NCBI GenBank assembly: GCA_016207515.1
Contig: JACQPN010000005.1
Location: 12,810 to 76,809 of the forward strand
Length of the DNA stretch: 64,000 nucleotides
Source: Methanobacteriota archaeon
GTDB taxonomy: Archaea; Thermoplasmatota; SW-10-69-26; JACQPN01
Direction of reading: 5' to 3'
The notes beneath the pieces were generated by a model. It was not told the origin of the DNA, did no database searches, and saw only the letters and a program-made list of their open reading frames with translations. Shown in pieces: positions 37,865 to 47,941 of the stretch. The position numbers and the translations under genes were made by a program. Within the stretch, counting starts at the first letter, position 1; each line of letters begins with the position of its first letter.

Positions 37865-38759
37865 CGCCGTACCTCGACGAGATCCTCGAATAGGAATCTA
37901 TGCGCCTGTCGCGCAGGAACGGCCAACCGTGCCGCGTCCTCTGGATGTCGGCAAGGTCGCAACGCGCCACGATCGTCTCCTCCTTGTCGCCACTTGCCCG
38001 GGCGATCACCTGTCCCAACGGGCCCGCGACGAAGCTCGCGCCCCAGAACGTCGTCGACCCTTCCTGGCCCACGCGGTTCGCCGCCGCGACGAAGACACCG
38101 TTGGCGATCGCGTGCGAACGCTGGATGGTCTCCCAGGCTTCCCGCTGGGTGTCGGCGACACTGCGGTCGGCTTCGGAATGGCCTATCGCCGTGGGATAGA
38201 ACAGCACCTCGGCGCCCTGTAGCGCCGTGAGTCGCGCCGCCTCCGGATACCACTGGTCCCAACAGATGAGGATGCCGATGCGTCCGAATCGCGTGTCAAA
38301 GGCCCGGTAGCCGGCGTCCCCGGGGGCGAAATAGTACTTTTCCTGGAACCCCGGGTCGTCGGGTATGTGCATCTTCCTGTACGTGCCGAGCATCTTCCCG
38401 TCCGCGTCGATGGCCACGGCGCTGTTGTGGTAGAGCCCCGGGGCCCGCTTCTCGAAAAGGGGCACGATGAGGACGACGCCGAGTTCGGCGGCTAGCCTTG
38501 AGAAGGCCTCCGTCGACGGTCCTGGGATCGTCTCGGCGAGGTCGAAAAACGATGGGTCGTGCGTCTGTGGGAAGTAGAGCGAGCGGTAGAGCTCTTGGAG
38601 GCAGATGATCTCGGCCCCGCGACGGGCCGCATCGCGCACGGCCTGCATCGAGCGTTCCATGTTCTTCACGGGGTCGGTGCCGGCCTTCGCCTGGACGAGT
38701 CCGATCGTGACCGAGGTCGGTCGCGGCTTATGCATCGCGCCTGTTACCGTCGAATCCAT
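37857..38759 (-). CDS. aguB: N-carbamoylputrescine amidase (nitrilase / CN-hydrolase fold)
   Basis: Catalytic triad context E...K...ILICWDQWYPE. Adjacent to, and overlapping, the agmatine deiminase gene. Confidence 0.85.
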   Translation of the reverse strand: MDSTVTGAMHKPRPTSVTIGLVQAKAGTDPVKNMERSMQAVRDAARRGAEIICLQELYRSLYFPQTHDPSFFDLAETIPGPSTEAFSRLAAELGVVLIVPLFEKRAPGLYHNSAVAIDADGKMLGTYRKMHIPDDPGFQEKYYFAPGDAGYRAFDTRFGRIGILICWDQWYPEAARLTALQGAEVLFYPTAIGHSEADRSVADTQREAWETIQRSHAIANGVFVAAANRVGQEGSTTFWGASFVAGPLGQVIARASGDKEETIVARCDLADIQRTRHGWPFLRDRRIDSYSRISSRYGDE

Positions 38760-38837
38760 CTTTAAAGTGTTCCCAAAGTCACGCCCGTTCTTGGGCCCCG
38801 TCTCAGGACCGCGTCCGTCCGTTGCTCGACGCCCGTC

Positions 38838-39740
38838 TCATTGACGTTCCCATACGTCGCCGGTGGGGTGGCGTTCCGAATGCAGTTCCCCGGCGTCCTC
38901 CAGGTCGCGAAGCATCTCGTAGGCCTCTTCGATGCTTGTGCCGAGGACCTCTGCGACTTCGCGGGTCGCTATCCGCTCGGTCTCACCGATGAAATCCGGC
39001 AACCGGGGTGCCTCGCGCGCGACGAGTAGCTTGCCGGCGAAGGTCTCAAGAGTCGAAAGGAGCGCCGGAAGACTCTGGAAACCCACGATGTTGCCCGTCT
39101 TGTCACCGCTACGCACCATGATGGTCGGATACGATTCGAGCCCGCTTGCCTGGAAGCGGCGGACCCGCTCTTCGAATTCGCGAGTGGGCTCCCCGGACTC
39201 CATCGCCTCCGTGAAGGCCGCGGCATCGATGCCGATTGATTCGGCGACCTCGAGCCCCACTTGGGCACGTGAGATGTTGCGCCCGTCCAGATAAGCTGCC
39301 TCGCGTAGCGCCCGGAGGTATTGTGCTTCCGCCCCGGGCGACAAGAGGCGGACCGCGTGGGTGAAGATGCATGCCGGATACGTGCTCTCGGGCCGATCGG
39401 TGCGGACCGCGTCGAGGCGGATGGGCATGCCGGTCGTGCGCTGCACCGTCGCAAAGAATCGTTCTATGTCGAAGCCCACCACCTTGGGGTCCGGCATGGA
39501 TTCGAACATGCCGCCGACGACCGAGCGGAATTCTATCCCGGGGTAACGGAGTTCGATCGTGCGCCGGACGGGTTCGAAACCCCAGCACCAGATGCTCCAC
39601 GGGTCGGTCAGGAGTTCGACCCGGACTTTTCCCCGCGGCACGGGCTCGGGGTCGTCGTTCATCTCCTTCAAGTACCCGAGCGCCCACTGGCTGGGTGTCG
39701 CGATCTCGGCGCCACTTTCCGGAGGCGTCATCTTATCCAC
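38838..39740 (-). CDS. DsbA-like thioredoxin-fold protein (FrnE/HCCA-isomerase family) with C-terminal HTH-like tail
   Basis: DsbA-family fold with a single Cys in WSIWCWGFEP. The C-terminal IATREVAEVLGTSIEEAYEMLRDLEDAG is helix-turn-helix-like. Confidence 0.55.
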   Translation of the reverse strand: MDKMTPPESGAEIATPSQWALGYLKEMNDDPEPVPRGKVRVELLTDPWSIWCWGFEPVRRTIELRYPGIEFRSVVGGMFESMPDPKVVGFDIERFFATVQRTTGMPIRLDAVRTDRPESTYPACIFTHAVRLLSPGAEAQYLRALREAAYLDGRNISRAQVGLEVAESIGIDAAAFTEAMESGEPTREFEERVRRFQASGLESYPTIMVRSGDKTGNIVGFQSLPALLSTLETFAGKLLVAREAPRLPDFIGETERIATREVAEVLGTSIEEAYEMLRDLEDAGELHSERHPTGDVWERQ

Positions 39741-40001
39741 ATGAGCAGCTAGCCGCGACGCCTAATAGAGGCTTCGGTTACGAGGATGACACCGGAAGGT
39801 AGTGCTGCCAGGATGGCGCGGCGACGCTCATGCCGCCACGATGAACCGCGAGGATCGCGCCGCGGCGAAGGCACAACCCTGCGGCGCCGAGGTCCCACTA
39901 TTCGATGGCCACGATAGAATCGCCTTTTGTCACGGGTCCACCCGCGACGACGCGGGCCCGACCGGGCTAACGTCCCGGGTCGTTCCCCGCGTTCGCGTCG
40001 T

Positions 40002-40511
40002 CTATCCCATGGCGGGTCTACCCAACGGGGTCGCGTAGCGCGGGTAGTCGACCTTCGGCGGTTCCACGTTCTTCGACCAGAACGCCGCTAGCACCTCGCC
40101 CCGGTGCCACTGTTCGTGGGTGAAGATGGTGAAGACCAAATCCTGTACCGTGAAGTCCTTCTTCGCGAACCCCTCGACTTCGATGGGTATCTGTCGCAGG
40201 AGGTCGGTTTCCGAGAGCCCGTCAACGTTCTTGTGGGTGCGCGAGCGGGCCGCGCGCCAGTACGCCTCGACGGGCACGAGTTCCCCCCACTCTTTGGTCG
40301 AGTGGCGGGCGACCATCATCTTCTCACCCTCCAACGCGTCGTTGTAGTAGTTCTCGATGTTCGCGATGTGCGTCATGATGCCAAGCGGCGTCATGAACGA
40401 GAAATCCACGGGGCTTACGAGGAGTTCGGCGGGGGCCGCTCTCATGGCGGGCCACCACTTGTCCTGCAAGGCGTCCGAGAAGGCGAGCATCCGGTGGACG
40501 GATATGGCCAT
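40002..40511 (-). CDS. DinB/YfiT-like four-helix-bundle protein
   Basis: About 170 aa with the His triad pattern of the DinB_2 superfamily (HIANIENYY...HEQWHRGE). Confidence 0.55.
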   Translation of the reverse strand: MAISVHRMLAFSDALQDKWWPAMRAAPAELLVSPVDFSFMTPLGIMTHIANIENYYNDALEGEKMMVARHSTKEWGELVPVEAYWRAARSRTHKNVDGLSETDLLRQIPIEVEGFAKKDFTVQDLVFTIFTHEQWHRGEVLAAFWSKNVEPPKVDYPRYATPLGRPAMG

Positions 40512-40652
40512 GACCTTGGAACACGCACGTGGGTAATCATGGTTACCGACACCAGCCCCGGCCCCCGGTCCTCTTCCACGCGTCGGAAGGGCTGTACCGC
40601 CGTCGAATTCAAATGCAAACAGGTGTTTTGCGCCTTGTCGGAGGAAGACACC

Positions 40653-40964
40653 ATGGCAAAAACAGCGAAGATCTCAGACCTTGCAGAATACGTGTCGAAG
40701 AAGACCGGAATGAAGCCCCGCGACGCGCGCGAAGGCATCAAGACCACGTTCGACGGCATCGCGGCCCTCTTGAAGAAGAACGACCGCGTGTCCATCACGG
40801 GCATCGGCATCTTCGCGAAGACCGTGAAGCCCGCCCAGAAGGGAGGCCAGAAGGCCATCAACCCCTTCACGAAGGAACCCTACGTGACGAAGTCGAAGCC
40901 CGCACAGACGAAGGTCAAGTTCAGGCCCGGGAAAGGTTTCAAGCAGGGCTTCGGCGGCAAGTAA
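40653..40964 (+). CDS. HU-family DNA-binding protein (HTa-like archaeal chromatin protein)
   Basis: RVSITGIGIFAKTVKPAQKGGQKAINPFTKEPYVTKSKP carries the HU beta-arm signature (GFGxF...R..R.GRNP.T). The track ORF 40104-40964 is over-extended. ATG at 40653. Confidence 0.8.
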   Translation: MAKTAKISDLAEYVSKKTGMKPRDAREGIKTTFDGIAALLKKNDRVSITGIGIFAKTVKPAQKGGQKAINPFTKEPYVTKSKPAQTKVKFRPGKGFKQGFGGK

Positions 40965-41010
40965 AGGAAACAGACCTCGCGTTACAAATCGTTCAACCAC
41001 CGCGGTGGGG

Positions 41011-41050
41011 CACTTGCCCCGCCCGATATTTTTTCTTTTTCCCCCATTCT
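41011..41050 (+). terminator. GC hairpin + oligo-T (ggggcacttgcccc ... tattttttctttttccccc)
   Basis: Immediately 3' of the HTa gene. The T-tract is 41039-41050. Confidence 0.4.
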
Positions 41051-41069
41051 TCGCCGCCGCGTTTCGTTC

Positions 41070-42479
41070 CTACTCGCAACGCGCGGACGCCGTCTCGAAG
41101 GGGACGACGATGCAGGATCTCGTCGACTCACCGCTCCTTCCCGCGGGATTCACCGCCTTCACGAAGTAGTAGTATGTGAGGAAGGGGCCGCGGCCTCCAT
41201 CGGTGAACGACGTGTCGTCCGGGGCGGTTAGCCCCACCAGTTGGCCTTGCGCCATACCGCTTGACGCACGATAGATCTCGTAACCCGTGAGTCCAGGGGC
41301 GTAAACGGGTGGCGACCATGATACCGTGACGCCGAGCGGCGGAATCCCTACTGCGGAGAAGCGGGCGATGACGTCGCGCGGTGGCCCCGGCGGAAGCCAC
41401 GTCGTGGAGCTTGCGACTGCGCTCGCGGCCCCCTCGCCGACGACGGTCAACGAGGTGACGCGATAGAAACGCGTGACGCCTTGCCCGAGGCCGCCTTCAG
41501 TGAGATTCGTGGTGCTGGTGGCCGTCGATCCGATAAGTGCAAAGGGTCCCTCGGCCGCTTCAGCGCCGTAGACGCTGTAGCCGAGGAAGGGGGGCTTCGA
41601 GGGAATCTGGTCCGGTGACGCGCTCCAGGTCACCTTCAATTCGCCGTCACCGCATGGAGCGACAATGATGCTCGCCGGGGGACGCGAATAGTCCCAGACG
41701 GTCGCGGAGCGGCTCGTGGTCGGCTCGCTCTCGCCGACAGAGTTGACCGCCGTCAACCTGTAACACCACGTCGAGGCCGGCTCGAGTCCATCGTCACGAT
41801 AGCCCCGGTTCACGGGGCTGCCGATTAGCGAGAACGCGCCCGCACAGGTGGGTGCCCGGTAGACGTTGTAGTGCGTGAGGTTCACCGTGTCGCCTCCGTC
41901 CCACCAGGGCCCGACCCAACTCATGCTGATGTTGCGGTTGCCGCCGACGGGCGTGAAAGCACCGCTCCAGCGAGGTTCCGTCGGCACCGTGGGCTCCAAG
42001 GCGCATCCACCCGCGTAGAGCGCGAAGTCGATCGTGGAGGCGTCCATCCCGCCCACTTGGATCCGATAGGTCTCTCCGATAGTGCAGTCGAACCAGACCT
42101 CGGGCGAGTGGATTCCTTCGTCCTCCCAGGACGTGGCGCAGGTGAGAAGTGAAAGGGAATCGACGGCGGCGCCCGTGTAGACGGCGAGCGTCGCGTACCA
42201 TTGCGCGTCGAGTTGGACATGCATCTGGCCTTCGGAGATCGGTTCGGCCCGGAACCACAGGGTCTTTCCGGCGTTTCCGCACGGGGCCGGCTCCCCCGGT
42301 TCGGTGGTCGCCCCCGCGTTGTCGCCGTAAAGGGGCATGCCGAAGTGGTCTATGGGTGCGTCGAAGCAATCGTTCACCGGTGCGCCTTCGGGGCAACCGC
42401 CGGTCGCAGGCACGCTTGGCGCGAGCGGGACGAGAAGCAAGGCGACGACGAAGAGGACGAGTCGGGGGGAGACCGCCAT
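41070..42479 (-). CDS. cell-surface protein with fibronectin type III-like repeats
   Basis: Start re-assigned to MAVSPRLVLFVVALLLVPLAPS (signal peptide). Repeated W/Y/T-rich beta-sandwich modules (YRLTAVNSVGESEPT etc.). Confidence 0.5.
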   Translation of the reverse strand: MAVSPRLVLFVVALLLVPLAPSVPATGGCPEGAPVNDCFDAPIDHFGMPLYGDNAGATTEPGEPAPCGNAGKTLWFRAEPISEGQMHVQLDAQWYATLAVYTGAAVDSLSLLTCATSWEDEGIHSPEVWFDCTIGETYRIQVGGMDASTIDFALYAGGCALEPTVPTEPRWSGAFTPVGGNRNISMSWVGPWWDGGDTVNLTHYNVYRAPTCAGAFSLIGSPVNRGYRDDGLEPASTWCYRLTAVNSVGESEPTTSRSATVWDYSRPPASIIVAPCGDGELKVTWSASPDQIPSKPPFLGYSVYGAEAAEGPFALIGSTATSTTNLTEGGLGQGVTRFYRVTSLTVVGEGAASAVASSTTWLPPGPPRDVIARFSAVGIPPLGVTVSWSPPVYAPGLTGYEIYRASSGMAQGQLVGLTAPDDTSFTDGGRGPFLTYYYFVKAVNPAGRSGESTRSCIVVPFETASARCE

Positions 42480-42660
42480 GGCCTTGGATACGACCCGACC
42501 GCCTTGAATCCGACGCCCGATGCAAACCACGGGTTGCTAGTGAATTCCTATGACGAGGCAGGTTCGCCGTTGGACCGGAGCGCTCCCTGGAAATCCACAT
42601 GGCGTTTCGCGGCACACCAAAGACCAATTGGTCAAGGGCGGGCTCGGGCCGCCAAACGCA

Positions 42661-42807
42661 TCACGGCATGTAGATGAGCCGGCAATTGGAGCACATCACG
42701 ACACGCCCCGTCTTCGGGTCGAAAGGCACACGCGTCATCTCGCCGCACTTGGAACACTTGGCGTCGAACATCTCGGTCCGGACGTGGTCTTTGGATCGCC
42801 AACTCAT
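42661..42807 (-). CDS. small zinc-ribbon protein (48 aa, CxxC-x17-CxxC)
   Basis: Translated by hand: MSWRSKDHVRTEMFDAKCSKCGEMTRVPFDPKTGRVVMCSNCRLIYMP. It is below the ORF-track length cutoff, and it occupies the region the track assigns to an N-terminal extension of the SNF2 ORF. Confidence 0.4.
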   Translation of the reverse strand: MSWRSKDHVRTEMFDAKCSKCGEMTRVPFDPKTGRVVMCSNCRLIYMP

Positions 42808-42903
42808 GGTGCCACGGCACATGGTAGGGCTTCTGGTCTATTAACTTCACGTCCCGGCGCTCCTCGTGCGTCCCGACTTCCCCCCGATGGGATTGCGGGA
42901 ATC

Positions 42904-44967
42904 ATGCTGGGAACCTTCATCACGCTCGGCGTCTTCGCCCTCCCCGTGCGTCTTCGTTACCGCCCTGAGGGGGACCGCCTCATCCTTCGCCTGGAAGAGA
43001 TCTCGGGCGAAGAAACGCGCCTTTGGAAACTACTTCAGACCATGGGCTGCAGGACTGAAAGCGAGCAGGTGCCGGGGACGCTCACTTGGAGACGGTGGAT
43101 CAAGGCCGTCGACTTTCCCCGCTTGGAACGCGCCTCGAAGTTGACGCGTTGGGAATTGGCGCCCGAAGCGGGCGAGGCGGTCGTCGCCAGCATCACCGGC
43201 CCAAGACTCACTTATGAATCCGAGCGACCGCTCGACCCGGCCGCGTTCATCGAAGCGGCCAAGTCCGACCCCGCCGTGGGTGGAAGCGCGCTGGCTAACG
43301 CCTATGCGACGTTCGACGCGTGGGTGCTAGCGAATCCCGTTTTCGCCAAAGACGGTCAAGCCGACCTCAAAGCACTTGCGAGCGCCATGGAGATCGCCCG
43401 TGAGGCGAACCGGAAGGCGGCGGCCGTCTCCGAGGCGGAGGAGGCTCGCGAACTCGCCCTCGAACTGCGAGGTGTGGCGGGGGAAGACGCCTACGCCGCG
43501 CACGCCGCGCTGAAACGCCTGCACGATGCCGTGAAGAAGGTCCCGCTGCAGCCTGCATCCCCCCGAAGGCCGATGCCGGAACATATTGCGCATTTCCGCG
43601 GGAAACTGCGCCCTTACCAGTTGGAGGGCGTGCGCTTTCTCCTCGAGCGCGACCTGAACGCGATCCTCGCCGACGACATGGGCACGGGAAAGACCATCCA
43701 GGCGATCGCGGCGGTGGAGGCGGCAAACGAGCGCGCTCTGGTCGTGGGCCCGGCGAATGTGCTGTACAATTGGAAGGCCGAGGTCGAGCGCTTCACTGAC
43801 GAGGAGGCGGCGATCTATCATCAGGGACAGCGAAGCGGCCCCGCCGATGCGCGGTTCCTCATCACGACATACGATTCGCTGCAACGCATGGGCGCCGCGG
43901 CGGGCGACGCGCTCGAACGACCGGTCCTCGTCCTCGACGAGGCCCATTACGTCCGCAACCACGAGACGCTTCGCTCACAGCTCGTGCGAGCACTTCCACA
44001 GAAACGGCGGATACTCCTCACGGGCACGCCCCTCGTGAACGGCATCGAGGACTACTACGAACTGCTGCGGCAGGTTGACGCGGACAGGTGGGGCTCGCGC
44101 TCGGCTTTCCGCGAAACGTGGCTCGTCGAACCGGCGCTATTCAACAAATACGTACAAGTACGTACCACTACGGCGAACCTCCTTCAGCGCGCCGCGCGCG
44201 ACGTGATGCTTCGCCGCCGCAAGGACGACGTCCTCAAGGACCTGCCGCCGCGCACGGTGAGCGTGAACCTCCACGAACTCGCGCCCGACCGGCTCCGCGA
44301 GTACCGCCAGTTGGAAGAACGGGCGGAAGAAGCGATACGTGAGGGGGCCGCTTCTGGAAACGAACTGGCGGTCTTTGCCGCCATCCACGCGCTTCGACAA
44401 CACCTTGCCGTTTCGCGCGTGCCAGTGGTCCTCGAAAGGATCCGCGAGCTATTGGCGGCGCAGGAATGCATCGTCGTCTATGCCCATTACCTGGAACCCC
44501 TGCACGCCTTCGCCAGGGAGCTTGGACCCCTCGCCGCGACCATTGAAGGCGCGACACCCCCGAAGGGGCGCATGGAGATATCCAAACGCCTTGGCCAGGA
44601 AGGCGGCCCACGAGTCCTTCTCGCGCAGATGGAAGCCGGCGGCGTCGGATTGAACTTCACCGCCGCGCGCCACGTCCTATTCGTCCACTTCGGCTGGACA
44701 CCGGCCGTCCACGCGCAGGCGATGGACCGCGTGCACCGAATCGGACAGGACAGGCCCGTCTTCGTGGAGTTCTTTGTGACACCGGACACGATCGACGAAC
44801 GGATGGTCAAGATCCTACTAAGGAAGGAAGCGGACCAGAACCTCGTCCTCGCGGATGAAAGCGACATCATGAACAGGAACGAGGTGGCGAGGTTGTTGGC
44901 GGAGGATGCGGCGAGGAGGGTAAAGGCGGAGACGGCGGCCATTGACACTTCCCTTGGGGAACGCTGA
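42904..44967 (+). CDS. SNF2-family helicase (Swi2/Snf2 ATPase)
   Basis: Motif I ADDMGTGKT. DEAH-type LVLDEAHYVRN. LLTGTPLVNGIEDYY. C-terminal helicase domain with QAMDRVHRIGQ. Start re-assigned from 42550 to the Met at 42904. Confidence 0.85.
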   Translation: MLGTFITLGVFALPVRLRYRPEGDRLILRLEEISGEETRLWKLLQTMGCRTESEQVPGTLTWRRWIKAVDFPRLERASKLTRWELAPEAGEAVVASITGPRLTYESERPLDPAAFIEAAKSDPAVGGSALANAYATFDAWVLANPVFAKDGQADLKALASAMEIAREANRKAAAVSEAEEARELALELRGVAGEDAYAAHAALKRLHDAVKKVPLQPASPRRPMPEHIAHFRGKLRPYQLEGVRFLLERDLNAILADDMGTGKTIQAIAAVEAANERALVVGPANVLYNWKAEVERFTDEEAAIYHQGQRSGPADARFLITTYDSLQRMGAAAGDALERPVLVLDEAHYVRNHETLRSQLVRALPQKRRILLTGTPLVNGIEDYYELLRQVDADRWGSRSAFRETWLVEPALFNKYVQVRTTTANLLQRAARDVMLRRRKDDVLKDLPPRTVSVNLHELAPDRLREYRQLEERAEEAIREGAASGNELAVFAAIHALRQHLAVSRVPVVLERIRELLAAQECIVVYAHYLEPLHAFARELGPLAATIEGATPPKGRMEISKRLGQEGGPRVLLAQMEAGGVGLNFTAARHVLFVHFGWTPAVHAQAMDRVHRIGQDRPVFVEFFVTPDTIDERMVKILLRKEADQNLVLADESDIMNRNEVARLLAEDAARRVKAETAAIDTSLGER

Positions 44968-45151
44968 TGCTGGGCCGTTGCTGGAAAGAAAAGGATTCGG
45001 GCGTCGGACCATGGTACGGTTTCCATGGGGCCCGTGGGCATCGGCCCCGGTTTCAAAGCCCGCCCGATGACTTGGCACGTTTGCCCGATTTCTTAGTTCG
45101 AGGCCCGCACGGGGACGCCCTTCAGGGGCTCCAGTATCGGGATGGTAATGG

Positions 45152-47392
45152 CTACGCGTCGTGACGTGACCATTCTTCGATCAGGCGACGGACCTTCTCT
45201 TTGCTCGACGATGACAAATCTGGTTCCCGTTCCATTGCGGCCACCAGCGCGGCCCGTTCCGCCGGACCAAGCTTTCCGTCGATTAGGCATTTCTCAAGAA
45301 GACCGGCTAGCCCGACCGGAAGGAACCCATAATCCTGATGCAAAACGTTTAATCGCGCATTTCGAGCGAGCTCGTCGACGCGACGCTGCAATAGGTTCAC
45401 TTGGCCGGAATCGAGGCGGCCCGAGGCATGAAGTCCATGGATCCGCTGCCTTCTTGCCGACAGCCGTGTATCATGGATGGCCGGCTCGGTGCGACTCATG
45501 AACTCCTCCGACTCAAGGGCCCTCAGCTCGCGGGCATACACTCGTCGTCGGCCATAGATGCGCCATGCCCCAAAGGCTGATCCAATCGCCGTAATGGCGA
45601 TGCCGGCAATGAAGAAAGTACGTTCTTGGTTCTCGGGGGCGAGCACCGTGCTGGCGAGGTCGGGTTCGACCGGCGGAGAACCTCCCGCCTGGAAGACTTC
45701 GAGCGAACTGCTGGTCTGACCGGCGTCGTTTCGTGCCTGGAAGCGCGCCCGGTATTGGCCCGCCGTCGCGTACGCGTGTTCCAATACCGGTGACGATTGC
45801 CAATCGGTTACGCCTCCGTCCCCCCAATAGGCTCGAAACGCCGTCGCTGCTCCCATGGCTCCCGCGGTCGTATTCGCCAGGCTCACGGAGAAAGAAATGC
45901 CGGGGGGCGGAAAGGAGGTCGACGCGCGGGCGACGACCGTCGGCGAGGCGGGCGTCCGCCCGACAATGGTGATGTTTCCCCGGGCCCCATGAGGAATCCA
46001 TGCGAGCACGGACTCCCCCACGCTCGTGTATCCACTCTGATCGTTCGAAAGCTCAAGGCGCCACAGATGGGCGCCCGTGTTGACATCAAGGGAGTGCACG
46101 GCGCTTCCGACCCCTGACGCCGTGCTGGCGTACACGTTTACGGGAACGAAAAGGTTCGGGCCAGCGCGCACCACGGCGCTGTCGGTGGGTCTTTCAATCG
46201 GCCCCGGCGGGAGCGACCGCTGCCATTCTTCGGTCTGGTCCGTAGACTTGAGTTTGTAGATCGTAGACGCCGAGGCCACGTATAGAAATGGGTCGTCGTA
46301 CGCGAGCCCCGGGTATCCAATCCCCGAAAGAACGTCCTCTGCCCCGATGTCCGAGGTCCAGAGCTCGTTCCCATTCTGGGCATTGTACGCCGTGACCCGG
46401 TTGTCGAAACGAGCGTAAACCACGTTTTCTTGGCCCGTGGCGCACGGGGAAACATAGGCGTAACCGCCCTGCCCGATAGGCTGGTTACCCTCGTATACGG
46501 TTGTCCTGCGCTGGAAACTGCTATTGGCCGTCCAATACATGTCGCCGTTGTCGAGGCCGAAGGTCCATAGGGTCGCCCAAGTGTGGCTGTCCTCCGCGGA
46601 ATACGGCGTTGTCGGTAGCTGGCCAGACGCGGGAAGGCTTGAGTACGTTATGACGAACACACGTTGGCCAATGATGGAAACACATAGCAGCGTGGTATAG
46701 CCCGTGCCTCCTATCGGCGGCTCGGCTCTCAATCCCCCAGTCGCCTGCGCAGCCGCAGCTTCCACCGACAGAACCCGTGTCCACCGAGGGCGCCCTGTCA
46801 CACCATCCAACGACGCCACGATGCTGGCGCCGGTTGTCTCTCCGTCTGCCCGCTGGCCCCAATGGGTGCATCCGGCGATTAGTTCTTTCGGGGTGACAGC
46901 GAGGCCCCGGCACCAAGTCAGAAAGTGGCCCGAAACCGCGCTTTCGGGGATCCAACGCCAGGCCTGCGTCCCGTTCGAGACCCAAGCGGCGTGGATACCT
47001 CGATTTACAGGGACGAAGATCTGCTGTCCGTCGCTAGCTAGGTCCCCGGCCGAAACGTCGTCAACGGGTGATGTCTTAGTGATCTGGGCCGTTTTCAGGT
47101 CAACACGAAAGAGTCCGGTCTCCCCTCGTCCGCCAAATGCCCGAGTGGCCACGAAAGCCCCGCCGTCAAACAGTAACGGCCCGGACCACGTTTCTGTTAC
47201 TCCGGGAAGTGGGAGAATGAAAGCGGTATCATCCGTTTCGGGGCCGGCATCAGTGGTCAGGCCGGTCCGGGCGGCATCGCCAGACGTCTGAAGCCACGGG
47301 GCGGCCGCGCCATCGTGGCCAAGGAGGAGCAAAAGGCCAATCATGGTAGGGATGCGCCATCGTCCCGGCCTTACGGGAGACCGTGTGCTCAC
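45152..47392 (-). CDS. surface protein: PQQ-like beta-propeller + PKD domain + TM anchor + cytoplasmic helical tail
   Basis: N-terminal signal. Repeated W/G-rich propeller blades. PKD-like YWGDGGVTDWQSSPVLEHAYATAGQYRARFQARND. TM segment FFIAGIAITAIGSAFGAW. Confidence 0.6.
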   Translation of the reverse strand: MSTRSPVRPGRWRIPTMIGLLLLLGHDGAAAPWLQTSGDAARTGLTTDAGPETDDTAFILPLPGVTETWSGPLLFDGGAFVATRAFGGRGETGLFRVDLKTAQITKTSPVDDVSAGDLASDGQQIFVPVNRGIHAAWVSNGTQAWRWIPESAVSGHFLTWCRGLAVTPKELIAGCTHWGQRADGETTGASIVASLDGVTGRPRWTRVLSVEAAAAQATGGLRAEPPIGGTGYTTLLCVSIIGQRVFVITYSSLPASGQLPTTPYSAEDSHTWATLWTFGLDNGDMYWTANSSFQRRTTVYEGNQPIGQGGYAYVSPCATGQENVVYARFDNRVTAYNAQNGNELWTSDIGAEDVLSGIGYPGLAYDDPFLYVASASTIYKLKSTDQTEEWQRSLPPGPIERPTDSAVVRAGPNLFVPVNVYASTASGVGSAVHSLDVNTGAHLWRLELSNDQSGYTSVGESVLAWIPHGARGNITIVGRTPASPTVVARASTSFPPPGISFSVSLANTTAGAMGAATAFRAYWGDGGVTDWQSSPVLEHAYATAGQYRARFQARNDAGQTSSSLEVFQAGGSPPVEPDLASTVLAPENQERTFFIAGIAITAIGSAFGAWRIYGRRRVYARELRALESEEFMSRTEPAIHDTRLSARRQRIHGLHASGRLDSGQVNLLQRRVDELARNARLNVLHQDYGFLPVGLAGLLEKCLIDGKLGPAERAALVAAMEREPDLSSSSKEKVRRLIEEWSRHDA

Positions 47393-47659
47393 CGTTATTC
47401 ATCCGGCCGGCCTCAAATAAGCCTTACTGCGGCGCCTGTCCACTTTGTGACGGCCGCACCCCGATTTTCTTCGTATAACGCGGAAGAAGATCCTCTGCCG
47501 CTCCCACTGGTCTCGGGAGACCGTTCTGAGTACCAGTTTTTGGCCTCGCATGTTTTCCTGGTGCGGCCATAGGGGCGCCCGCAACGCGAAGCTGACCAAG
47601 TCCACAAGCTCGAAGGCCAGGGAAAACTATAAGCTGTAGCAAAAGCTACAAAATAGAGC

Positions 47660-47941
47660 ATGGCGACGAGTCCGGTCCGCATCCGCGAGGAGGACAAGGC
47701 GCAACTGGAGCGCCTCCGTCGGGAAATCCTCGCTGCCGAGGGGGAGCGACCGACGCAGCAGGAGACGATCGCGAAGATCATCGAATTCGCCGTCCGGCAC
47801 CGCGACCAGTTCGTCGCCGAGGCGACTTGGACGCCCCTCACGCCGCGGGAGTTTCGCAAATGGGTCGCTTTGGTCGAGGCGGGTCAGGGGTTCGAAGCCG
47901 TTTCCCCCGCCGAGATCGACGACATTGTATACGGTGCATGA
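47660..47941 (+). CDS. VapB-like antitoxin
   Basis: 93 aa acidic/helical protein. Its stop overlaps the downstream PIN gene start in an ATGA junction. Confidence 0.5.
   Translation: MATSPVRIREEDKAQLERLRREILAAEGERPTQQETIAKIIEFAVRHRDQFVAEATWTPLTPREFRKWVALVEAGQGFEAVSPAEIDDIVYGA

Noticed and set aside
42550-42903. N-terminal 118 aa extension of the SNF2 ORF as given by the track
   Set aside because: No helicase-associated sequence in this stretch. It overlaps a convincing zinc-ribbon ORF on the opposite strand. An internal Met at 42904 precedes the hydrophobic and conserved N-terminal region.
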